A DNA stretch of 64,000 nucleotides from an uncultured candidatus Porisulfidus sp. (GTDB lineage: Bacteria > Pseudomonadota > Gammaproteobacteria > Poriferisulfidales > Poriferisulfidaceae), in the NCBI GenBank assembly GCA_965116025.1, contig OZ220480.1, forward strand, positions 1,954,985-2,018,984. The letters run 5' to 3'. The translations under genes and the position numbers were made by a program. The notes under the pieces are model-generated. The model was not told the origin of the DNA and searched no databases. It saw nothing but the letters and a program-made list of their open reading frames with translations. Shown here piece after piece: positions 12,389 through 19,583 of the stretch. Positions within the stretch are counted from its first letter, which is position 1. Each line of letters opens with the position of its first letter.

Positions 12389-12789
12389 GCGTCGCCCGAG
12401 TCGCCTGGATCGATCTTCCACGGTGCGTGGGCTGCGCCCTGTGCGTCGAGGCCTGTCCATTCGACGCCATCGCCGGGGTCGCCGAGCGAGCTCATCGCGT
12501 GATCCCGGGGTTGTGCACGGAATGCGGGCTGTGCCTTCCAGCCTGTCCGGTCGACTGCATCTCCCTGCGTCCGGACCCGGCGCACCCGACCCGCGACCGC
12601 GACTACCGCCGGCAGGCGCGCGACCGGGCGCGACGGCGCCTGCGGCGCCGGGCGGCGCTGCGCGAGACGCGAGAGAGCCAGCTACGGGAGGCTCACGCCG
12701 GATTCCGCGACGACGACGATGCCGCGCGGCGGGCCGCTATCCACGAGGCCGTCGCCCGAGCGCGCGGAAGCGCGGCATCCCCCAGCTGA
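12385..12789 (+). CDS. Short RnfB/RsxB-like 2x[4Fe-4S] ferredoxin
   Basis: Two CxxCxxCxxxCP motifs ([24 protein letters not shown]) and a basic C-terminal helix. Lies between metG and nth. Confidence 0.8.
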   Translation: MSVARVAWIDLPRCVGCALCVEACPFDAIAGVAERAHRVIPGLCTECGLCLPACPVDCISLRPDPAHPTRDRDYRRQARDRARRRLRRRAALRETRESQLREAHAGFRDDDDAARRAAIHEAVARARGSAASPS

Positions 12790-13421
12790 TGGACGAGCGC
12801 CAAGTCGAGCGAATTTTCCAGCGCTTTCGCGATCTGCGCCCGCACCCGACCACCGAGCTGCGCTACCGCGACGAATTCGAGCTGCTCATCGCGGTCATCC
12901 TGTCCGCCCAGTGCACGGACGTCGCGGTCAACAAGGCGACGACGAAACTGTTCGCCCGCGCCCACGCGCCCGAGACCATCCTGGCGCTCGGAGTCGAGGG
13001 CCTCATCCCGTACATCCGCACCATCGGCCTGCACAACAGCAAAGCCGCGAACATCATCGCCACCTGCCAAATCCTTCTCGAGCGGCATGGCGGAAAAGTG
13101 CCGCGCGACCGAGAATCCCTGCAGGCGCTGCCCGGAGTCGGGCGAAAAACCGCGAACGTCGTCCTGAACACCGCGTTCGGAGAGCCCGTCATCGCGGTGG
13201 ACACTCATATCTTCCGGGTCGGCAACCGCGTCGGCCTCGCGCCGGGGCGCACCCCCCGCGAGGTGGAGGACGGCCTGACGCGCCTGGTGCCCGAGGCATT
13301 CCTCAAGAACGCTCATCACTGGCTGATCCTGCATGGGCGGCACACCTGCACGGCGCGCGCGCCGAAGTGCTCGGAGTGCGGAATCTCGGACCTGTGCGAA
13401 TGGCCGGAGCGGAATCCGTGA
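12789..13421 (+). CDS. nth: Endonuclease III
   Basis: LIAVILSAQCTD, HhH LPGVGRKTANVV, VDTH and C-x6-C-x2-C-x5-C. ATG overlaps the upstream TGA. Confidence 0.97.
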   Translation: MDERQVERIFQRFRDLRPHPTTELRYRDEFELLIAVILSAQCTDVAVNKATTKLFARAHAPETILALGVEGLIPYIRTIGLHNSKAANIIATCQILLERHGGKVPRDRESLQALPGVGRKTANVVLNTAFGEPVIAVDTHIFRVGNRVGLAPGRTPREVEDGLTRLVPEAFLKNAHHWLILHGRHTCTARAPKCSECGISDLCEWPERNP

Positions 13422-13438
13422 GAGGCGGCGCCGGGAAG

Positions 13439-13466
13439 GGAACCAACGAGCGGCGCGCGAGTCATA
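13439..13466 (+). promoter_or_regulatory. Possible ECF-sigma promoter for the RiPP precursor gene
   Basis: GGAACC-N16-GTCATA about 70 bp upstream of the ATG. Resembles the ECF GGAAC/GTC pattern; weak evidence. Confidence 0.3.
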
Positions 13467-13537
13467 GCGTTTGCTACAATCCGAGCGACGACGCACGCGT
13501 CGTCTTTCATTAAATTTTTCAAGGAGCGCTTGACACC

Positions 13538-13867
13538 ATGAACCAGAAAGAACTCAATCCCATCGCCCTGGCCCTGGGCCTCACGGGCGCGCTGGCCTGC
13601 TCCAGCGCCGTCGCCGCCGATAACCCGTTCAGCCTGACCGAGCTGTCTGGACAGACCTACGCCGGCTCGCACGGAGGCGAGGGCAAATGCGGCGAAGGCA
13701 AGTGTGGCGAGGATAAAGATGCCGGCGAGGGCAAGAAGAAAGAGAAATGCGAGGGCCGATGCGGCGAGGGAAAATGCGGCGAAGGCAAGTGTGGCGAGGA
13801 TAAGGACGCCAGCGAGGGCAAATGCGGCGAAGGCAAATGCGGCGGAGACGCCGGCGAGGGCGAATAA
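13538..13867 (+). CDS. HvfA/oxazolin-type EGKCG-repeat RiPP precursor with signal peptide
   Basis: Sec signal (AVA-A), NPF motif, six EGKCG plus one EGRCG. AAGGAG RBS. First gene of a DoxX-DUF692-DUF2063 cluster. Confidence 0.9.
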   Translation: MNQKELNPIALALGLTGALACSSAVAADNPFSLTELSGQTYAGSHGGEGKCGEGKCGEDKDAGEGKKKEKCEGRCGEGKCGEGKCGEDKDASEGKCGEGKCGGDAGEGE

Positions 13868-13881
13868 CGCCCGCCTCCCGA

Positions 13882-13919
13882 TTCCCGAAGAGCCCGGCCT
13901 CGCTCGGGCCCTTCGGGAA
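13882..13919 (+). terminator. Stem-loop after the precursor gene (attenuator or mRNA stabiliser)
   Basis: TTCCCGAAG-AGCCCG ... CGGGCC-CTTCGGGAA inverted repeat with no clear U-tract. Confidence 0.5.
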
Positions 13920-13975
13920 CCCCGCCCCCGGAGACGACGGGCTCCAGCCCTGTCCATGACCGAGACTCCGGCCTC

Positions 13976-14593
13976 ATGAACCTGACTCGATTCGCCTGCG
14001 CCGCCCACCGCTCCCTCGAGCGCGCGCGGCCCCTTGATTTCCTGCCATCGCTGGCGTTGCGCCTGTATCTCGCCCCGATCTTCATCGAGGCGGGAGCTCG
14101 CAAGCTGGACCTGCCGAGTCTGCTGCCGAAGGAGAGCGTCGCGCATTGGTTCGAGTACGGCCTGGAACTGCCGCTTCCGACCCTGATGGCCGCCTTGGCC
14201 GGCTGGGCCGAGCTGTTCGGCGGCGTTCTGCTGCTGATCGGCCTCGCCACCCGCTGGGCCAGCATTCCCCTGATGATCACCATGCTGGTCGCCGCCTTCG
14301 CCGCGCACTGGAAGAACGGCTGGCTCGCGATCGCCACCGACAGTGGGTTCTTCGCCACCGAGCGCACCATCGAGGCCACCGAGCGTCTGCAGGTCGCCCG
14401 ATCCATCCTGCGCGAGGACGGCGACTACGCCTGGCTGACCGAGCACGGCAGCTTGGTCATGCTGAACAATGGCGTCGAGTTCGCGGTCACCTACCTCATC
14501 ATGCTGCTGGCACTGTTCTTCCTAGGCGCGGGGCGCTACGTCAGCCTGGACCACTGGATCGCGCGGCGCTTCCAGCATGCCTGCTCGAGGTGA
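13976..14593 (+). CDS. DoxX-family membrane protein (HvfX-like)
   Basis: [38 protein letters not shown] and GAGRYVSLD motifs. Confidence 0.88.
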   Translation: MNLTRFACAAHRSLERARPLDFLPSLALRLYLAPIFIEAGARKLDLPSLLPKESVAHWFEYGLELPLPTLMAALAGWAELFGGVLLLIGLATRWASIPLMITMLVAAFAAHWKNGWLAIATDSGFFATERTIEATERLQVARSILREDGDYAWLTEHGSLVMLNNGVEFAVTYLIMLLALFFLGAGRYVSLDHWIARRFQHACSR

Positions 14594-15419
14594 GACGCCC
14601 GGCCCGCGCGCCGCGGGCCTCGGCCTGCGCCGCGATATCCTCGACGAGGTCCTCCGCCTCGAGGACGGCGCGGTCGACTTCCTCGAGGTCGCGCCCGAGA
14701 ACTGGATCGGCCTCGGCGGTCCGCTGAAGACCCGATTCGACGAGCTCGCCGAGCGCTACCCCATCACCACGCACGGCCTGTCGCTGTCGCTCGGCGGACC
14801 GACTCCACTAGACCAGGATCTGCTTAAGAGCGTCCGCGGCTTTCTGGATGACTACGGCATCGGCCTCTACAGCGAGCATCTCAGCTACTGCTCGGACCAC
14901 GCGCATCTCTATGACCTCGCGCCAATCCCATTCACGGAAGAGGCCGCGCGCTACGTCGGCGGACGCATCCGCGAGACGCAACGGGCGCTGGACCGCCAGA
15001 TTCTGGTCGAGAACGTCTCCTACTACGCCGCGCCAGGCAAGCGAATGGAGGAAATCGACTTCATCCGGAACGCGCTTGAGGAGGCCGACTGCCTGATGCT
15101 GCTGGACGTCAACAACGTCTACGTCAACTCGGTGAACCATGGCTACGACGCGCGCGCCTACATCGACGCGCTGCCCGCCGAGCGAGTGGCGTACTTTCAC
15201 GTCGCCGGACACTACCACGAGGCCGAAGACCTGATCATCGACACGCACGGCTCCGACGTGATCGAGTCGGTCTGGGATCTCCTAGAACATGCGTGCGCGA
15301 GGTTCGGCCCGCGGCCGACCCTGCTGGAACGCGACTTCAACTTCCCGCCGATCGACCGTCTGGTCAGGGAGGTCCGCCGCGTTCGCCGCTATCAGGCGAG
15401 CGCTTCGGGGTCCGCCTAA
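14577..15419 (+). CDS. DUF692 multinuclear non-heme iron-dependent oxidase (HvfB-like)
   Basis: [52 protein letters not shown] and LLERDFN motifs. Confidence 0.95.
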   Translation: MPARGETPGPRAAGLGLRRDILDEVLRLEDGAVDFLEVAPENWIGLGGPLKTRFDELAERYPITTHGLSLSLGGPTPLDQDLLKSVRGFLDDYGIGLYSEHLSYCSDHAHLYDLAPIPFTEEAARYVGGRIRETQRALDRQILVENVSYYAAPGKRMEEIDFIRNALEEADCLMLLDVNNVYVNSVNHGYDARAYIDALPAERVAYFHVAGHYHEAEDLIIDTHGSDVIESVWDLLEHACARFGPRPTLLERDFNFPPIDRLVREVRRVRRYQASASGSA

Positions 15420-15422
15420 CCG

Positions 15423-16202
15423 ATGCCCGCGCGGCCCGAGTTCCAGCGCGTTCAAGAAGAGTTCTGCGCGCACCTGCGCGACCCCCGCCGCGCCCCTCGC
15501 CCGAAAGACGTCTCGGAACGGCGCATGGCCGTCTACCGAAACCTTTTCTCTAAGAACATCCAAGGCTTGATCGAGCGCTCGTTCCCCCTGAGCGCCCACC
15601 TGCTCGGGACGGAGACGACGCGCGCGCTGTCCCGCGCCTTCTACTCGCGGCATGGCTGCCGCACGCCCTACTTCCACAAAATCGGACAGGAGTTCGTGGA
15701 CTACTTGGCCCGAGAGCACGACGGCGATCCGGAGTTGCCCCCCTTCCTGGCGGAGCTCGCCCGCCACGAGTGGACCGAGGTCCGGGTCCGGCTGAACGAC
15801 GATCCGCCGCCATACCCTCCCGAGCGGATCGATCCAGACGGAGATCTGCTGGAGCGTCCCGTGGTCCTGTCCCCCGCTTCAGAGCTCTGCGTCCACGCCT
15901 ACCCGGTGCACCGCGTCAAGCGGAATTCGCCACCGCCGCGCGAGAGCGAGACCCCGACGTTCCTGCTCGCGTTCCGCGATTCCACCGGAGCCGCCCGTTT
16001 CCTGGAGCTCAGCCCGGCCACCGCCCGGCTGATCGCCCTGCTGATGGATCAGCCGGAGATCCCCGCGCGATCACAGTTCGGAAGAATCGCCACCGAGCTC
16101 GGCCGCGACATGTCCGAGGCGCTGGTCGACGGGGGCCGGCAAGCGCTGGAAAGATTGCGCTCGCTCGGCGCCATCCTTGGCGCGCTCCGGCCCTCCGGCT
16201 GA
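15423..16202 (+). CDS. DUF2063 RiPP-recognition partner protein (HvfC-like)
   Basis: Q..F..HLRDP, RMAVYRNLF, H.CRTPYF..I..EF, ELARHEWTE and YPVHR motifs. Confidence 0.9.
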   Translation: MPARPEFQRVQEEFCAHLRDPRRAPRPKDVSERRMAVYRNLFSKNIQGLIERSFPLSAHLLGTETTRALSRAFYSRHGCRTPYFHKIGQEFVDYLAREHDGDPELPPFLAELARHEWTEVRVRLNDDPPPYPPERIDPDGDLLERPVVLSPASELCVHAYPVHRVKRNSPPPRESETPTFLLAFRDSTGAARFLELSPATARLIALLMDQPEIPARSQFGRIATELGRDMSEALVDGGRQALERLRSLGAILGALRPSG

Positions 16203-17065
16203 ATCGGCGCCGGATCGGCGTCTCCTTGAGCACGGCGAAGCTCCAGCCGCTCGCCGAGCCAGCGCTGCACCAGGATCCAGATCTCCCGCAACGAGACCCT
16301 TCTCCCGAGACTCTCGTGCAGCGCCAGGAAGAAGCCCGGCTGGCGCAACGGATCGACCCCTTGGTCGTAGCTCCGATACCGGCGCGTGAACTCCTCGTAC
16401 AAGAGATACTGCAGATCGTCGGAAAGCGCCCGAGGGCGGCCGCGGCACTGTCGTCCATGCATCTCGCGCGCCTCCGCGTACAACTGGCTGTTCATGCCGT
16501 AATAGCGCATCATCAGGTCCCGGGGCGCGTCGGCGCGAATCAACTCCGCGCACTGGCCGATCCAGCGCGCCGAGGCGATGGCCGTGTCGATCGACCGCTC
16601 CAGAAGCGGACCGTCGATCCGCACGGTCGTGAAGAACCAGAGATATCGCGCCAGCTTCTGGAGGTCCACCCAGGGACGCATGCTGATGAACTCGGCCTGC
16701 TCCGGCTCCAGGCCAAGCTCGCCGAGTGGCCGCTGGCGGTTCCGTCGGTACAGCGTGATGACGTGGTTGAAGACGCTCAGGCACAAATCCACCTCCCGGG
16801 TCTTGGACTGGGCCCCGCTCATGGCGACCGGGTCCTCGAGCGCCAAGCGATAGCACTGCCTGAGGATCTCGAACTGCAGGTGGAAGACGGCGAAGCGTCC
16901 GCCGACTCCACTGAGGGTGTTGCTCTCGAACGCGGAAAGCTTGCTGACGCGCCCCGCCTGCCCGCGGTCGATGTTAAGGGTGGCCAGAACCGCCCAATCG
17001 TCGTCGTGGTAGCAACGCGAGATATAGCTGACCAGCGCGAAGTTCAAAAGGTTTTTTGTTCTCAT
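16049..17065 (-). CDS. DUF2857 (STY4526/PFL_4669)-like protein with duplicated N-terminal FlhD-like module; putative transcription activator
   Basis: C-terminal ELIRADAPRDLMMRYYGM...RGRPRALS matches my recollection of DUF2857 (RMLRLGAS..MV..FYGL...KGR...LS). Residues 7-70 and 94-157 align without gaps. GGAG RBS upstream. Confidence 0.7.
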   Translation of the reverse strand: MRTKNLLNFALVSYISRCYHDDDWAVLATLNIDRGQAGRVSKLSAFESNTLSGVGGRFAVFHLQFEILRQCYRLALEDPVAMSGAQSKTREVDLCLSVFNHVITLYRRNRQRPLGELGLEPEQAEFISMRPWVDLQKLARYLWFFTTVRIDGPLLERSIDTAIASARWIGQCAELIRADAPRDLMMRYYGMNSQLYAEAREMHGRQCRGRPRALSDDLQYLLYEEFTRRYRSYDQGVDPLRQPGFFLALHESLGRRVSLREIWILVQRWLGERLELRRAQGDADPAPIQPEGRSAPRMAPSERNLSSACRPPSTSASDMSRPSSVAILPNCDRAGISG

Positions 17066-17421
17066 TATCGGGTCTCCGTTCCTTGGCTTCGCCCGAACCC
17101 TCGCGTCGCCGGACGCGCGGGAAAGAATCCCGCCGAACGAGACCGGGGACCGGCGGGCGCCGGAACACTCGGGAAAGGGTCAGTCGGAGACGAGGGGAAG
17201 CCCCCGCTCCGGACTCGCCAGCATCGCTACTTCTTCGTCTTATTGAGCCGGCCACTACCGCAGACCACCGAGGCACTTCCGTGTGCAAAGGAGAACGCAT
17301 AGTCACACCCTGATTAAAAGATTAGGCACCTCCCGATCCAATATACACCAAGCGGGGAGCGCTTTTCTATCGCCTTGATTCACATAGAAATCACATTGAA
17401 AATTAGGGGATTCGTCCCGCG

Positions 17422-18057
17422 CTACAGCCACCGCGCGACGCCGGTCATCACCCGGGCCGCGACCGTCATGCCCAGCCGCGCGAGCGGCGGAACCCGCTCG
17501 GCGCCGGCGGCGGCCGCCCGCCGCCGATGCGCCTCCTCGTCCTCCCGCATCTGGGCCACGATGGCGCGGCTGCGCGCGTCCCGCTCCGGCAAACGCTCCA
17601 AGTGGGACTCCAGATGCACCCCCACCCGCCGCTCGGTCTCTTCCACGAAGCCGAAGCTCCGGCGGTCTCCAGCCAGGCCAGCGGCCAAACCGATCGCCAG
17701 AGAGCCCAGTCCCCACGCCGGGGTGAGCCAGCTGATCCTCGAGTCCAGCTCGCCCAAGCGCCGCTCGCACCAGCGCAAGTGGTCCGTCTCCTCCCGGGCC
17801 GCCGCTCGCATGCTCGCGCGCGTGAACTCCTCGCGGGCCACCAAGGCCTGTCCGAGATAGAGGCCCTGCGCCGCGACCTCCCCGGCATGATTGACCCGCA
17901 TGCAGGCGGCGGCTTCCCGCTTTCGCGGCTCATCCAGATCGTCCGCCGGCAACGACCGCGCCGGATACGCCCGCGCAGGCCCGGGCGGCGCGCGCAGATC
18001 GGAAAGCCACCGGCCCACCCCGCTCAGCAAAACGTCCGTCGGACTCATTCGGCGCAT
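17422..18057 (-). CDS. coq7: Demethoxyubiquinone hydroxylase (di-iron Coq7)
   Basis: MRVNHAGEVAAQGLYLGQ, EETDHL.WC..RL.EL, ETE..V..HL..HL and DE..H motifs. Confidence 0.93.
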   Translation of the reverse strand: MRRMSPTDVLLSGVGRWLSDLRAPPGPARAYPARSLPADDLDEPRKREAAACMRVNHAGEVAAQGLYLGQALVAREEFTRASMRAAAREETDHLRWCERRLGELDSRISWLTPAWGLGSLAIGLAAGLAGDRRSFGFVEETERRVGVHLESHLERLPERDARSRAIVAQMREDEEAHRRRAAAAGAERVPPLARLGMTVAARVMTGVARWL

Positions 18058-18059
18058 GA

Positions 18060-19232
18060 TCAGTCCCTCAATCGCTCCCGCAACAAGTTTACGGGATGCT
18101 GGACGGTCACGTCCAGCCCGGCCGCGCGGCAGGCCCCGCGCAGATGCAGCGCGCAGCCAATATTGGAGGTCACCAGGATCCTCGCCGAAGCGCGCGTCGC
18201 CTCCTCGACGATCTCCCGAGCCAGCGCCACGGCCGTCCGGGGGAACCGGAACATGGCCACGCCAGCCGCCCCGCAGCATCCGGCGGCGCGGGACTCGACC
18301 ACGCGCAGGTCCGGAACCTTCTCCAGCAAGCGAATCGTCGCGCTCGTCTCCCGGAGGACGTTGCGGGCGCTGCAGGGATGATGCAGCAACACGGTCGCGC
18401 GCAATGACCGAAACTCGAGCCGCTCCCGCCGCTCAGCCAGATACTCCATCACGTCGCGGTGCTTTTCCGCCCAGCGCGCCGCCTCGGCCCCGCCCAGCAA
18501 GCGCGGATACTCCCGAAACTCGGCCGCGCACGCGGTCGCGACCGAGACCACGCGGTCGAGCGCGCGCGCGTCGATTCTCTGGACGTTGCCGCGCGCGGTC
18601 GCGTCCGCCCGCGCGGCCTCTCCCTGGTGCCGGTCCAACGCCCCGCAACACCCTGCCCCTTCCGCCCACACCACCTCGGCGCCGCAACGCGCGAGCAGGC
18701 GCGCCGCGTCGTTGAGCGTGGCCCGGTCCACGGTATCCGAGACGCACCCCGGGAACAGCCCGACCCGAGATCCACCGGTGGCGCGGACGCGCGCGCGCCG
18801 CGCCGCGATGGAGTCCGGCAGCAAGCCCAACAACGGTCCGCCAAGCCGAGCGAGTCCGCTGGAAACGGCCAGCCGCAACCCGAAGCGCGCCAGAGCGCGA
18901 CCGGCTCTCGAGCCGAACAGCCGGGTCCACCACGGCCTCCGCCCCGGCCATCGCGCCCGGGCCTGATCCATCAGCCGCCCGAACGGGACTCGAGCGGGGC
19001 AGACCGTCTCGCAGGACCGGCACAGCAGGCAACCATCCAGACGCTCCTGGAGGACCGGGCTGACGCGCGCGCGTCCGCTCGCCAAGGCCGCGATCAGCTC
19101 GACTCGTCCGCGTGGGGAATCCGCCTCTCGGCGGTGAACCCGCCAAGTCGGACAATGCGGCAGACAGAGACCGCACTTCACGCAACGGTCCGCGTCGGCC
19201 CGGATGCCGGATTCGGGGGGCGTCTCGTTCAT
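18060..19232 (-). CDS. GlcF-like (Fe-S)-binding oxidoreductase subunit
   Basis: CVKCGLCLPHCPT, SPRGR, CLLCRSCETVCP and two CCG domains. Confidence 0.88.
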   Translation of the reverse strand: MNETPPESGIRADADRCVKCGLCLPHCPTWRVHRREADSPRGRVELIAALASGRARVSPVLQERLDGCLLCRSCETVCPARVPFGRLMDQARARWPGRRPWWTRLFGSRAGRALARFGLRLAVSSGLARLGGPLLGLLPDSIAARRARVRATGGSRVGLFPGCVSDTVDRATLNDAARLLARCGAEVVWAEGAGCCGALDRHQGEAARADATARGNVQRIDARALDRVVSVATACAAEFREYPRLLGGAEAARWAEKHRDVMEYLAERRERLEFRSLRATVLLHHPCSARNVLRETSATIRLLEKVPDLRVVESRAAGCCGAAGVAMFRFPRTAVALAREIVEEATRASARILVTSNIGCALHLRGACRAAGLDVTVQHPVNLLRERLRD

Positions 19233-19452
19233 CGCGCGAACCTTTGCGTATCCTCGACGCCATTCTACGGGGCGGCTGGTCGGAACCGCGCCTCGCGGCC
19301 AGAAGGCGCCCGACCGAGGTCGGCCCCCCACATGAAAATCCGAGCCGGAACAAGGACGGAGGAAGGACCCCACGCCGCTAGGCGCAGCCCTGCTTATGCA
19401 CATGTTGTCCACCCGTTCTGCCCCACGAAACGCGCCGATTTAGTCCCCTTTT

Positions 19453-19500
19453 CCACATTTTGTAGCGTTGACATAGAGTGAGATATACTATATCTTGCGA
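19453..19500 (+). promoter_or_regulatory. nrdAB sigma70 promoter with tandem NrdR boxes
   Basis: TTGACA (19468-19473)-17 bp-TATCTT (19491-19496). ATACTATATCTTGCGA (19485-19500) matches all conserved positions of acaCwAtATaTwGtgt. A weaker box CCACATTTTGTAGCGT lies 32 bp upstream (19453-19468). Confidence 0.8.
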
Positions 19501-19583
19501 GTCCGGCGGCGGTGGCCGTCGGCGCCCCGCGTCCGGGAAACCCCGGGCGCGGGAAACCATAATGATAACAACGCGAAACTCAT

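Noticed and set aside
13676-13864. Short tandem DNA repeats resembling a CRISPR or VNTR array
   Set aside because: They are in-frame codons for EGKCG units, with no unique spacers and no cas genes.
17375-17395. TCACA repeated at 11-bp spacing, resembling a CRP/FNR site, upstream of the FlhD-like gene
   Set aside because: It is a direct repeat rather than the TGTGA-N6-TCACA or TTGAT-N4-ATCAA palindrome; too weak to call.
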